From Podarcis pityusensis (taxonomy: Eukaryota): a stretch of DNA of 64,000 nucleotides. The position numbers and the translations under genes are program-made. The notes beneath the pieces are model-generated. The model worked only from the letters and a program-made list of their open reading frames with translations. It made no database searches and had not been told where the DNA came from. The stretch is from the NCBI GenBank assembly GCA_964106645.2, contig OZ067043.1; one strand, written 5' to 3'. Shown piece by piece: positions 1 through 15,000 of this stretch. Every line of letters starts with the position of its first letter. Position 1 is the stretch's first letter.

Positions 1-2205
1 TTTTGTAGGTGTGGCAGCACTTATACTTTGGAACTCCCTCCCTCCCTATTTACACTAGGCAGGGGGTGCACTGTACTCTTTTTGGCATCTGCTAAAAATA
101 TTTTAGCAAGTCTACCCAGACATGTAGAAGTCTTCATGTATTTTAATCTGTTGTTAGCTTGTTGTAGATATTTTTAAATTTTAATTCTTCTTTTTAACTC
201 TGTGAAAAATTATAAGTTTAACATTTTCTTTATTTTTTTGTAAAGTGCTTAGAGGTTCAATTTACTATCAAAGCAGTATCTATTAAAATAAATAAATAAA
301 TTTAAATGGAAAAGGGAAATTCAAATGGAGAGGAGAAAACAAGCTGAATGATGTCTGCTGGGAAAGATATAGCTGTTTTGAGGTTCAAAATCTTGTACAG
401 GAGGTACTTACTTTGATCTGAAAATATATTCCACAAAGTGTTCCAGTGAAACATTTAGGAGGAAACTGCACTTTGCACATGTTCAAAGGTAATTTTTCCA
501 CACATACACACACACAGAGTGAGAGAGAGCTTTAAATTTTGTTCAACCCACCTGCAAAGAGCCAGTGATCTGGACTTAAATACATATTTATATCATACAT
601 GAAATTTGGCTCTTACTCAGCATTAAATAACACTTCTCATGATTTTTTTTTGAAGAGTTTAAGTAATTCAGGTAGACAATTTCTAAATAACTAGAATGGG
701 CCACAGACAGCAAACAGTTGAAGAACAAAAAATAAAACAAAATATTAAAATCAAAATTTTGGTTGTTTGCCACATGATATGGGAGTGAACAGAGTTGCAA
801 GCCCCATAAATGTATTTCCTACAGCTCCTTGTAATTGCTGAGTGTCAGTCTTGCTTATACTATTGGAAGTCTTTTCAGATTTAGAAGAAAAATCATCATC
901 ATTGTTTGAAAAGACATTTAAAAGAATTCTTTAAATTGTAGTTTAAGTACACATGCTTGATACTAGTTACTACCAACTTTCTTTTATGTAATTTGAATAT
1001 TCTTTTTTAAAGCATATACATACACATATATAATTGTTAGTCTGTCCTTGTGTCCGTTACCCTTTGTATAAAAATATAACTTAAAATTAATTAACATGTA
1101 AATATTGTGAACCCATTAGTATTCCTCATAATATTTAATGCAACAGTAGAAGACTGAAAAAAGAACAACAGGAACTGCTAGGTGCTTCTTATTTTGCGTA
1201 AAATCCAAGCACTCTGGGCTATGGCTGATGAGTGACCTTGAGGCAGCTCTCAGAAGGTAGTTGCCATAGCAACACTATCACAAAAGTGGCTCATCCTTTG
1301 CAACACACACCAACCTGGTGCATCATGTTGCTAGATATAATACCATTGCTATTCTGTAGCTCTGCTGAAGCTGTAATATACATTGCAAACGTGGGTAGAT
1401 TTTTTTTTATAAAAAAAAATAGTATATTGCTCATAAAATTATCTCTTCTAAAATGCAATTGATAGACATTACTTCCAGAAAAGATATTTGGATAACATAG
1501 TACTGACATGTTTATACTTTTAGGAGAACTGAAACCAATAATCAGAAAATTATTATTTACCAGAAAATTATTATTTTAACACAAGTATTTGCAATAACCA
1601 TGGGTGATGGGCAGCATGTTAGAATAATAATAATAATAAATTTTATTTATATCCCGCCCTCCCCAGCCGAAGCCGGGCTCAGGGCGGCTAACAACAATAA
1701 AACAGTACAAAAGTACAGCACAAACAACACTCTAAAATCATTCATTATAAAATTAATTCAAATCAAGCCACTGGCAACCATTGGGCCAGAGCTCCGCGAA
1801 GATTGCCGAGGGAGGGAGTCAGGCTGTGCCCTGGCGAAGTTTCTTCTAAGATGGCTTCCATGGCAACACAAAAACATAACATTTAAATACAAATATATAA
1901 AGCTTTTTATTCCTTTAGGGCTAGAGGTGGTCAATAGTTAAATTTTGGTTCGCAATCCCAGTAAAATAATCCGAAAGCATCTTTAGCATAACAACCTGTG
2001 GTGAAGAACTCAGCAGATCTTAAGCAAATAGAATCCTATTAAGCTGGTCTGCAACATTTATCAATTTAATAACTTTGATTAAATAATAAAAATATTTTAT
2101 AGAAAAGGTGCCCCAATTAACTGGACACACACATTAAAATACAATTTAACTATTAATACAAGTCATTATAAAAGCTACAGAGGATAAGCACCCTTGAAAG
2201 TGATA

Positions 2206-2455
2206 CAGTGGTACCTCGGGTTACAGAAGCTTCAGGTTACAGACTCCACTAACCCAGAAATAGTACCTCGGGTTAAGAACTTTGCTTCAAGATGAGAACA
2301 GAAATTGTGCGGTGGTGGTGCAGCAGCAGCAGCAGCAGCAGCAGGAGGAGGAGGAGGAGGCCCCATTAGCTAAAGTGGTACCTCAGGTTAAGAACAGTTT
2401 CATGTTAAGAACGGACCTCCAGAATGAATTAAGTTCTTAACCCAAGGTACCACTG
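2206..2455. mobile_element. Tc1/mariner-type MITE family A (TIR CAGTGGTACCTCRGGTTA)
   Basis: TIRs plus TA TSD; internal (GCA)n(GGA)n tract expanded in this copy. Other copies at 5158-5399, 22191-22432, 42882-43107 and 45464-45664. Confidence 0.85.
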
Positions 2456-4406
2456 TACTCTCTTCTGTCAAAAGGAATTGAAATACAAGCAAACTCATTT
2501 AAAAAAATAGATATATACCAAGTTTGGGGCAGATAAAGTCAAGGCCGGGCCAAAAATGGGTTTGCAAAGCATCACAAGATTTATATCCTGTTCTTCACCT
2601 AATGGCCTGAATGAGTTACACCTGGATCAGCATCCGAAACACCCCAGGTGCCAGGCATGTTTTGCAACTTGGCATGGTCCATTTGCAACCAATTTTACAA
2701 TTACTATTAGAAAATAACAACTTTTGAACAATAATTCCATCCTAACTCCATTACTTGATTTGCATTTGATCTAGAATGCTAGTATCCATGATTCATGAGA
2801 CCCATCATGGGCCGGTTTCAGGTACTCCTCATTCTCTCTCATGGGATCAGCTTCACTAGGGAATTCCTCTTCCTTGTAAATCAGAATTGAGGTTTCCTGA
2901 ACCTCTATTGACAATGCTATGGATCTGCTCCTTCCAGGAGAATGCAATCCCATCCACACCAGACCAGCTTCCCATCTCCCAGACTCAAGAACTCAGAATA
3001 CATAATACATTTGTCTGTTCAGGTTTCAGTCTCAATTTATTGGCCCACATCCGGCGCCTTCAATGCCTTGAAGCTATAGTCTAGCACCACCTGATTCAGA
3101 TGAGACAGAGCTGGGTAGATGAGCTGAAAAAAAGGTACAGATACTTACCCAAAATATGTTAAGTTATATTCTAAACAGCAAGCTAACATGGACTCGTTTC
3201 ACTTACACTCATTAACTGAATTACTAAGTACTTTCTGTAGCAAGTGTTTTTCTGCTCTAAAATGCTGGCTAGTTGTCTGTTTATTGCAGATTGAATAACT
3301 AAAAATTCCATTCAGAGTCAAGTCTATTGCTCAAAATACCAGCAGCACAAGCATGCCTCCATGTTACTAATGAATATAGTGGAAAATTTCACAGGCCCAT
3401 ATCCAAAAAGTATGCAGCTTATTTTTACCTTTCTTCCTGCAAAGGAGTCATTAGACTATGACCTTGGCTTTTACTTTGTAAATCCTGGAAGTTGCTCTTC
3501 CTTTTAAAAGGTTTATATTTCACTTATAATACAGTTTAGAAACTGGCATTTGTGCAACAAACTTTTGAAGAAAGGCTAACTTGATCTTTTAATAATAAAA
3601 TGATTCTAACTAGATGAAAAGGCTAGGTGAAGATAATAATTTCTTGCATCAGGCCATTAAGTAAAACTACTTTGTGAAGTTTTGAAGCAGAAGGCAAGCT
3701 TTTAAGTGTTATTAAAAAATGCTGAGGGTATTTCCACTGTTAGCACTTGCTATTCTATAATATTTTATAACATTTTGTATCTAAGCTTACAATGAAAAGT
3801 ACATGAATCCTCATATACTTTTCCATGAGTGAGAAATGCTGAAATGCTCTCAAAAGGAAATATTGTGTCAACACAATTAAATGCGCAGGACAATATCCAC
3901 AACACATCTATCTTTCATGGGCTTGGAACAATTTTCAAAGAAGTGTGCAGCTTTTCAGAGCAATTAACCATGGTTAAATTTCATTTCAAATAGACCTGTT
4001 TCACTAATCATATGACAGCAGCTTGTAATTAGACACTTTGCCTGCTCACCTGTGGCAAGTGAGAATTTCCTTCAGGCAGCCAGCAAGGGCAGATGGTTTT
4101 AATACAGAGGATACCCAGTATGTTTTTTCTGCCATGAAATCAATGTGCAACAAATAACTAACATGGGTATATTTTGTGAAGAAGGTAAGTAAATGTTCTG
4201 GCCATATTTACAAAATTCTACTACAAAGTCTAATACTTAAGCACACAGTTGGCAGAACTACACTACTATATAGGGAGTAGCTTAATGTAGAATACTCATA
4301 GCCAACATAGTGCCCTCCAAATATTTATTGGACTACAGTGCCCATCGGCCCCAACTAGCATAGCCAATAGCCAGAGATGGAAGTTGTAGCCCAGCAACAT
4401 CTAGAG

Positions 4407-4528
4407 CAGGCATGGCCAGATGTTTTGGGACTACAATTCCCATCATCCCTGACCAATGGTCCTGTTAGCTAGAGATGATGGGAGTTGTAGTCCCAAAACA
4501 TATAGAGGCCCAAGTTTGGCCATGCCTG
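4407..4528. mobile_element. hAT-type hairpin MITE nested in an older relative
   Basis: TIR CAGGCATGGCC; 8-bp TSD ATCTAGAG/ATTTAGAG; relatives at 49834-49967 and 54740-54875. Confidence 0.8.
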
Positions 4529-5157
4529 ATTTAGAGGGTACAAACAATAGCTACCCCTAATTAACAAAAACAATTGGCACCAATAAAGTGTTGCTATGGG
4601 GAGTACTCTTGTTGAGTGTTGCAGAATACCATTGCCGTCCCCCATCCAGTTTTTCCATTTCTCCCCCCTCCAATAGCATTCCATGCCCACTAAACACATT
4701 CAGTCTTCATTGGGCTATTTGGGTGGGTTCCCCTTGAGGTTTAGTTTCCTAAATATTTTCCATACTTCTGCAAGCCAAAGAAGCCTCTTGTGTGTGGATG
4801 GTGCTATTTGAGCATATCCCTACAACAAAATGTGTGGAGTGTCCCTGCTCAAGGTTCCAGACACACCATCCCCAGTTTTCCATTCTCTCTTCCACAATAG
4901 TCACTCAGCACTCTGAGTCCACTGAGCATGCTCAGCATCATCACACTGTTTTCTATGGGGGGAATATAATGGGTAGGCTTGTCTAAACAAGAATGTTTTT
5001 AGCGGGCAACAAAAAGAGTACAGAGAAGGTGCCCATTCCCTCTGCATGCTGTTCTGGGTTTTTTTCCTCCATTGGTTTTGGGGGAGGAGAGAAAGGGAAA
5101 GTCCCATTCTGCTAGCGGGAGCCCTAGCAAACTGCATTAGTTGGATCCATCCCATTT

Positions 5158-5399
5158 CAGTGGTACCTCAGGTTAAGTACATAATTCGTTCCAGAGGTCC
5201 GTTCTTAAGCTGAAACTGTTCTTAACCTGAAGCACCACTTTAGCTAATGGGGCCTCCTGCTGCTGCCATGCCACCAGAGCATGATTTCTGTTCTCATCCT
5301 GAAGCAAAGTTCTTAACCTGAAGCAGTATTTCTGGGTTACCGGAGTCTGTAATCTGAAGCATATGTAACCTGAAGCGTATGTAACCTGAGGTACCACTG
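5158..5399. mobile_element. MITE family A copy (reverse orientation)
   Basis: TIRs; TA present only on the right side. Confidence 0.85.
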
Positions 5400-7868
5400 T
5401 ACTAATCATAAGACCTTGAACTTGGCCAGTAGCAAACTGGTAACCAGTGCTGATCTCTGAGCAGAGGTGTTATACGCGACAAGGCCTCACTCCTGTCAGC
5501 AATTGTGCTGCAGCATTCTGCATTACCTGCAGATTCTGGATCAAGTGTGAAGAAAGCCTCACGTAAGAGTGGAATGAAGTTATCCTTTCTTGAAGTAACC
5601 AAAGCAGTAAATACATACGCATACACACACACGGATCTTCTGAACACACTATTAGAACTTCAAGTTAAAGGTGCTCAATGTGAAAAATGGTACAATTTTC
5701 TGGATGGAATTCAAAACTGTATTATGGTGAATATACCATCTGCATAAGCATTGCAGCAGCTTGCCAAAATGCATATAATGTACTGTATTTTCTAACACAT
5801 TTTAAGTACTTTTAGCATCAATTTCAGGCTTTGCCTCCTTTTGTTTTTTCTTGGTGGCTTCCAGTCCCCTTTATGCAAAATCATTATGGGTTGTATTCAG
5901 CTAGACACATTGAAACTAATGGACTTTAGTTAATCATTGCAATTAATTCAATGGGTCCAAGTAAAAGTTAATTGAATACAAACCTATGTATCTGAATACG
6001 TAGCAGAGGCTTTCAAGTGTGGTATGCTTGGAGGACAGTTTGGGGAGGCTGATAGGGATATTGCTGGAAACACACATGGGAAGGCTTCTGGTATGCATGC
6101 ATGTCTCTGGGTTGTGTCCTTTACTGTAAATGGTGTCTTTGGGCAGCATTATAGTTATATATGTGCTGTGGTAGTATAGGCAGTAGCATAGGTATAGAAT
6201 ACTTAAATGAGCAATCAACCACAAAGCTACTAGAATGAAATCTTAGTAGCAGAATCTACTGAATTACACCGGATTTTTTCCCCAGGAAAGTATTTATAAG
6301 ATTGAAGCATGGAGACCTAAAGAACCCCCCGGTACCTCAATCCTAAAATACTTTGTTAATTCCAACAAATTTCAATGGAACTTATTTTCACATATTGTAT
6401 CTACAGTTAGATATAAATCAATTTAACATGAAATCCTCAATCTTATAAGTAGTTGTTAGACATGCTTAGTTTTTTCCCCAAGGGAGCTTTACACCTATGG
6501 CTAAAATGATTAGTTAAAATGCAGACATTTTACCATTTCCGCATTCTGTAAAAATCCAGAGCACTAAAATTACTGAAGCTATAAATCTCTGCAGACTATT
6601 CATCTGACTCAAAGTTTGGCTGAATGAAAGACAAATGCCTTTGAGTCTGCCTGAATAACCATATCCCCTTCCAAGATGTTAGCTCACAAGCCATTTTGTA
6701 ACCAGACATTTCATGCCAAATCAGCATCAGAAACCACATCTGACTCACGTTACCTGCCAAACTTCTTGGGACTTTCAGTGTTTTGCCAAAACAGGGGTAG
6801 CACAGATTTTTGGTAGACTGGGTGGGGACTCTGTATAAAAACTTGAAGTCAAGAGAGTTCAGTTTAATTGTACTGGATCCAGCTCCAGTGAATATTATTA
6901 CTATAGTTTCAGAGGTCAGCTTGCAAGCTGCTACTCAGCCTGTCTCAATTTGCTTTTTGCAATGATAGATTTATTCTAATTCATGATTATTTAGGCTCAT
7001 TTCTAAACATTTCTAAAAACCAGTAAGCGCCATGTTCACCTACCATTGCTGATCTTCATATTTCAGTATAGTGTTCCTCCATCTTTTTAACTTTGGCCCT
7101 GTTCCTTTCTGAACTTACTCTATCTCATGCCAATACCAAAAGTCTGCTCAACTGATGAAAAAGCAGAATTCTTACATATCAGAGGTTGGGAACCTTTTTC
7201 AGCCTGAGGGTCACACTCCCTTCTGGGCAACCTGCCAGGGGCTGCATACCAGTGGCAGGCAAAGCAATGAATGTAAATTTTGCCTTGTACTGCAGGAAAG
7301 TTTCTAAACACATTGGAACATGCCCCTCTAGCCTATATCCAAAAAAACAAAGACACTATCAGTGTTCAATGACGCATTCCAGCCAAACAAAAATACTCAA
7401 GAAGGGAAAAGCAGAGCCAGTAGGGGGTATGGCTTGGGAAGAGTACTAAGAGCCAGATAGGTGTGGAGGTTTGCATTTGGCCCTTGGGCCAGAGATTCCC
7501 CTGTTATATACAAATCTATGAGTCTGCAGCTGCATGCAAGGATCCTTAGACTCGGACACCAATTCAACACCTAAAATTCTACATGCCCATCAGTTCTGAT
7601 AATGCAATCCAACTTGTATGTTGATTAAACACGGCTATTCTTGTGGTCTCTTTTGGGGTGGGGGTGGGAAGCACCTAGCTTGCCAATGTTATAAATGGAA
7701 TGTTGTAATGTGAGTGTGCACGTGAACGCTGGGCGTGAAACAAGTGTATCAGCATCTTTTATGCCCTTCTTTCATGTGACCTTTCCTTCCCCATCAAAGG
7801 TGGAAGAGGATAGAATGTTGCACTATATGATCACCTTCGCTATGATCCAGAAAGACACTTTTAATCAT

Positions 7869-8075
7869 TCCTTCCTGTAGCACCTTAAAGACCAACTAAG
7901 TTAGTTCTTGGTATAAGCTTTCGTGTGCAAGCACACTTCAGAAGTGTGCTTGCACACGAAGTGTGCTTGCACACGAAAGCTTATACCAAGAACTAACTTA
8001 GTTGGTCTTTAAGGTGCTACAGGAAGGAATTTTTCTATTTCGACTATGGCAGACCAACACGGCTACCCATCTGTA
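7869..8075 (+). mobile_element. Penelope-like element terminal fragment with inverted 5' arm
   Basis: Inverted arms of about 70 bp; 3' tail ...AGACCAACACGGCTAC; 12-bp TSD ACTTTTAATCAT (7857-7868 and 8076-8087). Confidence 0.75.
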
Positions 8076-11000
8076 ACTTTTAATCATAAACAATATATAT
8101 AGAAATAGTATGCATTATGAATACTTGAGGTAAGAAAGAAACAGAATTATGTCCATTATTCCTTAAATCTGCCTTGACAATCATTTCACAGTATATGAAG
8201 ACTGTATTACCATATGTAGTAACTTGATAGTATATGTATACTCTTTATGTACAAAAAAGCATAATTTTCTCTGGAACTTAGTTTTAAGCACATGCAGATT
8301 TATTTGATTAAAACTCTCAGCTAAAAAAGTGATGATTCAATTAAAATTTAATCCAGTTGCTTCTCTAATTAAAACATATAGCCTTCTAACTAAGTAGTCT
8401 ATGGGTTGTATCCAACACTGTCTGTGTTAGCAGAGCTGAACTTGCACAACAGGATTTCTCTTTCCTTTCCCGTCCTCTCCCCCTGCTCACCCAAATATTT
8501 GCCAGGGGTCCCCCAGGTCCCTAAAGCAAATTTTGAGGGTGCACAAGGAACTGCAAGGAAGAGCAGGGCAAGTTCCATTCTGCAAGAAGTCTACTGCCTG
8601 AACTGAATGAACAGCAGCGTTGGATATAATCCTATACATCATAGAAATACGATTCAAACTCTTTGTCATTCAAGCCCACATGTCTTTGAGAGGGTGCATA
8701 AAAGCTTACAATTTTTTAAACAAAAAGAAAAACAATCAGATCATATTTATTTCAAAAATTGTGATAATAAAGGTTGTTAAAGAATAACTAGTTTAATATT
8801 AAATAATCTGGATATAAGCAAATTAGCCCTACTGTTAATTCCTAAGTGAATCAATGTCTCTGTCAGATACATCTGAGCTAAAGGTGTTTCCATCCAAATG
8901 AAAAACTAATCTGACCACCTCTCAAATATGGAAATTTAAATGCTACCTACAAACACAAGCATTGATGAAAATTCACATGATGAAAATTAACTACTCAAGT
9001 CTCACAAGAACCTACCAAACCTTGCTTCAGCCTACTGCAGGATCCCAATTGAAAAAGAAGAGGAGGCTCCCGTAACTTTCTGTACAAGAGGGATTTTCAT
9101 CAGATATAGCTTGAAAGATGAGTTACACCTGCTGGCATTTCCTCTTCTACACAAGTTAAAAACAGTGAAGAGTTTCATGGAATCTTTAAGACATAGGGCA
9201 ACATCCAAGGTCATGTGAGCAAACTTTCATTTGAGCAAAGGGACTTCTTCTAAGTTATCATTATTCTACTTCCCTCCCACCAGGCCCTCCTCAAATGTGC
9301 TGTGGAAAGTTCCCTGGCCTAACCCTTCAGAGTTAGGGAAGTGTATTGGGGTTGCAAGGGCAAGGAGCGAAAGGCAAAGACCTCTGTTGTCTAAGCAGAC
9401 ATTCACTCCACTCGCAAATAGATATCACTGGATGTGATCCTAATAAATTTATTATGGCAAAGGTTTTCATGGACTACACCTCATCAGGTAACACTGTAGT
9501 ATTATCCTGAATTGCATGAGGCTTTTTGAGTGGTGAGGTTGAGGAGTGTTACTAGAGGAAAAAGAAATGCAGAAAAATATAGTAATAATTTATAATTAAT
9601 TGTGGTCACTCACAAAACAGTTGTCAATACTACAGGAATTCTGGTATTAGTGAGCCAATTAACACATGCAGTGTGATAACGTGAGAGCCTTGGCCTCACC
9701 TTGGCCTGTTTTTCATCTGGCCATTTTATCCATGAGTAATAAGCATTTGTATCACACCACTGGATTTCCACAATTATTTCTGCAAAACTGTTATCTGAGA
9801 CCATGCTGTTATTAAAATCAGTCATCAATTTCAGCAAGCCAAAGGAAAGATAGGTGTGTGCTCTTTTTAAACTGTTATGGTATGAATTCTGAGTCACCTG
9901 AGCAATGACGCTCAAGTCACATCTCCATCTTTTACCTTAAATACTCAAACTCTGATTTAGTCACCTGCCCTGCAGAATCTAATCTGTTTGCACAACATCC
10001 CTTATTCCTCTTCTCCATCCGTTTCCCTTCATTTTGTTGCTTTCCAATATACATTAAAAATGGAAAATATAAAGTTAGAAATGTAGACTGTAATTTGTTT
10101 TAAATTTAGTTTTTTAAAAATCCTACACTGTATTTAACTGCAATGCACTGTTGCCAGATAACCTGAAGGCACAATGAGCAAATTCCAGAAGCAAAGGAGG
10201 CACACTGCAATGCCTTATAAGTTTTAGATATACAGCGTCTCAGATTCTAATAAAGTGAGCATGCATTTCAGAAATGGAAGTCTAGTATTTACCAGAAAAT
10301 GTTTAAAATATTTTGTATTAACCCTGCATTAGGTTACATTTCCCTGATATAACACCCAATGTGTTACTTGCATACTCTTCTACATAGCCGCAACATTGCC
10401 TAATATAGTAAACCTATTTTAAGCTGCTAATCAGAATAGCTTTTTAAAGACTACTACTGGGAGAATGGAAAAGGCCAAGAACTAAATGTTTTATTGTGCT
10501 ATTATTAAACAGTTGGGGGTTTTTTTCTTAAGCATGGGTGTATAAGGAAGCCAAATAAAGAACAACTAGGCTACAATCCTATCCACATTTACCTAGAATT
10601 AGGGCTCACTGAACATAATCAGACTTATTTCTTAAGAAAACTACAGATGGCAGGTACAGGGGACATTTGGCACTCCAAATGCTCCAGAATTACAACTCCT
10701 ATCAGCCCCAGCAAGCATGGTCAATGCTTAGGAATGATAGGAACTGTAATTCACCAGCATCTGAAGGACCAAAGCTTCCCCAGACCTGGTATGCGGTGTA
10801 AAGAGAAACCCTTCTAATTCAGATAAAAAGGACCAACTAGGCCAGTGGCCAATCAGATGACTCTGGAAAGTCCACAAACAGGGCTTGGAAGCCCATTGCA
10901 GAGCTCAACAACTCTAACAACAGAGGTTCCATATAGATATCATAATGAATAGCTGTTAATCTAATACAGTACAGTAGTGAGCAACCTCTGCCCAGGCTGT

Positions 11001-11115
11001 TTTCCCCAAACTACGGTATGCCTGCCGACACATCAGCTGATGGTGGGGAGGCCAGGGTTTAATCTTACATTGGCTGTGCTGCCATGTTTCCAAGCAGAAA
11101 ACAGGGTTGTTGTTA

Positions 11116-11152
<37 letters not shown>

Positions 11153-14100
11153 GTTTATTATTTATACCCCGCCTATCTGGCTGAGTTTCCCCAGCCACTC
11201 TGGGCAGCTTCCAATCAAGTGTTTTGCAAAGTGTCACAGAAGGGATTTTGACAGGTGGGAGGCCCTGTACACTTGTCCAATTTGGCCCATAAGGCAGATC
11301 CTGATAAGTATCTGATTCGTGGAGCCAAAAAGGTTTCCCATCCCTGAAACATGTCATTTCAAGGTTCATGCTATAAATTTTATTCATCCATAAAATGGGA
11401 AACCTAACCAGCACTGTTTAACAGACTCTGAACTATCCAAGCAAAAATTGGGTAATGATTCTACCTTTTATGCTGGGCATCCACTAGACACTTTGATAGC
11501 ACTTAATTTAAATCAGTTAACTGGTAATGCTTTGCTACAAAGAAAACTCTGAATTGTAGTTTTGGGAAGAATTAGATCTTGCTAAAACTATTCTAAGCAC
11601 ACTCATAAATTTCACAATATATATTTCAGGAAAGGTCACAACAGAATTTCATAAACAATAAAAAAGAAAGCTCACACAAAACAGCAGAAGTACTTAAAGC
11701 AACAGAGTAAAAATAAGTAAGTAAAACCGATAAATAGTTAAAAAGCTTGGGAGAACAGAAGTGGCTTTGCCAGGTTTTGTTTTTAAAAGAAAATAACATA
11801 ACAGAGTAGGTGCCAAATGCGATACTTGGGGATGAAGTTTAATATCTAGGGTGGCACAAATGGAAAGGCCCTCTCTTCCTGCTCACTGCTTGCTTTTTGT
11901 CCAACAGCAGAACACCCACAGAAGTGCCTTAGTAGACATCAACATCAACATGGGAGAAGGTGTTCCTTAACATAAGGCTTCAATAACCTTGCTAACCACC
12001 CTTCACGACAGTGAGAGGGGCACCAGGCTCTGGCAAGCAAGATGAGCACAAACTTGGAGCTACAGGGAAAGGCAAGGCAGCATGCCTCCAACCAGTGATT
12101 GAAACTAACCAGGAGCATTTTGCACCTGGCTATCAGCTACTTGCAAACAAGTGAACATGCCTGGGCACTAGGATGGTGCCTGACATCTCCACCATCTGGA
12201 GGTACATGCCTGGGGATCATTGGATCTTGACTGTTTTCACACACTAATACCACTTCCTGTCAAATTCTATCAGTTACATTTTATCTGCCCAATCAGAATG
12301 AACTTCAAGAACCAAATTGCTTTTGCTGTGCAGTCTGAACAGGAGCAGTGAAGTCCTAAGCTATGTCCAGCTTTAAAATTCAAAAACAATGCCTTGGATT
12401 GGGCTCAGGAATTAACTGTTAGCCAACAAATCTCTTTCAAAACTAGAAAGATATGCTCCCAACAAGACTGGTTAAGATCCTAACAGCCACATTTTAAAGT
12501 AGTTTCCAGACTGTTGTCAAGGGCAGACAACACATTACAGTAATCTAAACAAGACACTACCAGTGCATTGGTCACTGCAACTATACTATGCCAATCCAAG
12601 ATCATTCATGGGTGACATAAAAACTTAAGCTGGTTAAAAAGATTTCTGCATCACTATGTGTCCTGCAACAAATTTCTGAACACTTAAAAAGTTTTCAAAT
12701 GCCTGTTGCCTCAATCTTTGGATTGATGAGACCATACCAACACTAGTATTAAGCACAATTCTTTCTATATTACAAGGTCACTGTATTTTTAGAAGGAATT
12801 TTATCTTAAAGTTAAGTAAAAGTCTTAAGGTCTCTCATATAACAAGACCATATGGCAGAAGACATTAAACTTAGCATCAGAAATGTATTTTTGTTTCCAT
12901 TTCTAATGGTGTAGACACTCAGGCATGCATATTAAGTGCGCCTGATTAGTCATATTTCAAGATGTTCTTTACTACAGCTTTTGGCAATAGGTTCTCCATG
13001 AGTTACTTACTATCCTTGTTGCTTTCTTAAAACTTAATGACCCAGCTTTTCCAAAACTTCTAGTTCTATCAAAAAGCTTTCAGTGATTCGAGTGTAATCA
13101 AAAGACTGAGAAAACAAGGAAGAGCTGGAGAGAAGAACAGAAGCAAGTTGCATGATTACACAATTTAAAATAGCATTCCTGGTCGCATCCATTATACACA
13201 TGCTTGCCTGAAATATTATTTACCTCCTACCAAGTTAAATTTGGAAGTTATTAATGTTATCAGATAGTTGAATTCATATTCATTTACTTAAGATTAATGG
13301 CATCACCCCCTTCACACCATCTGCTTTAAGAAATAAGTTTTATGAAGCTTTTCAGTGTAGTTCTTCAACAGTGAAAGGTTGAAAACAGACTACAACTTAC
13401 ACATTGCAGCAAAACAAGTTGACCAATTCTAGGTTTACAAAATAAACAAGTTGCAATATAGGAGCAACTGGATCGAAATGGCTTTGTCATGTGTCCAATC
13501 ATAATTTGTCCTAGGATAATGTGTACTTCTCTGGGTGTGCTTGGTTGTTTTCTTTTCGGGGGGGGGGGTGTCAGAATGCAAGCACAACTCAATTTGTAGC
13601 CCTATACCGACTTACATGGAAGTAAATTCCATTGAACACAGTGGAACTTAATTCCAAATAAATATGCACAGGATTACACTACATACAGTATATATTTTAA
13701 GGTGAAGTGCAATTCAGTTTGGGACAATGCAGTTTCTGCAAGTGAATGAATCCTTCATTATATAGCTGTCAGATTAATTCCAAAATGATTTAAGAAAGCT
13801 TTGACTGACTATGTCTCCTCATTAAAACAGCAGTGTTTGTAGGAGGAGGTGGGGGAGGGGATTAAAAAATATATAATACGTATATATGTTGTGCTTTCAT
13901 CTTGTGAACTCTTGTGAATTGTATGAAGGATGGTATACCAATTTAATTGATGGTGATGACGATAACCAAGATTTAGAACTGGGATGGGAGTGATTGGCAC
14001 TGATGAAATGGTTGTGCCAAATGTTGGGCAGCAAGTCATTTGATCATCTATTGTACACACTGGAATTTTCTATAGCTTGCAGGCATCCAGTTGCCCGCTC

Positions 14101-14265
14101 CAGCCTTGAGAGATTGATCCTCAAGTTTCTGAGAAGAGGAACATCCTTCAAAATCTTTTGAAATGCACTTCAACCACACTAAATTGTCTAGCTGAGCATC
14201 AATTAAAAGGAAGAATATTAAGACCTGCGTAGAGTCTTCTTTGGATTGCTGACTTACCAGCAAAT

Positions 14266-14477
14266 ATATAAAAAAATTGTCCAGCAGCACCTTAGAGTCC
14301 AACTAAGTTTGTTCTTGGTATAAGCTTTTGTGTGCATGCACACTTCTTCAGATACACTTGTGTGCATGCACACAAAAGCTTATACCAAGAACAAACTTAG
14401 TTGGTCTCTAAGGTGCTACTGGACAATTTTTTTATATATTTCGACTGCGTCAGACCAACACGGCTATCTACCTGAAT
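14266..14477 (+). mobile_element. Penelope-like element terminal fragment with inverted 5' arm
   Basis: Same family as 7869-8075; 13-bp TSD CTTACCAGCAAAT (14253-14265 and 14478-14490). Confidence 0.75.
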
Positions 14478-14654
14478 CTTACCAGCAAATGTAGTGTTTC
14501 CTAAAGAGAGGGCTTTAGTCAGCTTCTGAGCACCTGGACTTCCTAAAAAGGGACCTCCATCACTCACTCCTCTTGCTTACACCAATAGCCATACAGCCCA
14601 ATCCTATACTTGTTTTCTTAGATGCCCCAATAAGTTTAGTGGAAATTACTCCCA

Positions 14655-15000
14655 CGTGGGTGGCGCTGCGGGTTTAACCACAGAGCCTAGGACTTGCCGA
14701 TCAGAAGGTCGGCGGTTCGAATCCCCGCGATGGGGTGAGCTCCCGTTGTTCGGTCCCTGCTCCTGCCAACCTAGCAGTTTGAAAGCACCTCAAAGTGCAA
14801 GTAGATAAATAGGTACCGCTCCAGCGGGAAGGAAAATGGCGTTTCCGTGTGCTGCTCTGGTTCGCCAGTAGCAGCTTAGTCATGCTGGCCACATGACCCG
14901 GAAGGTGTACGCCGGCTCCCTCAGCCAATAAAATGAGATGAGCGCCGCAACCTGAGTCAGCCATGACTAGACCTAATGGTCAGGGGTCCCTTTACCTTTT
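14655..15000 (+). mobile_element. Sauria SINE, followed by a 3' half-copy at 15014-15131
   Basis: GGTGGCGCTG..GGTT..ACCAC head, B-box GGTTCGAATCC, (ACCTTT)n tail. Confidence 0.9.
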
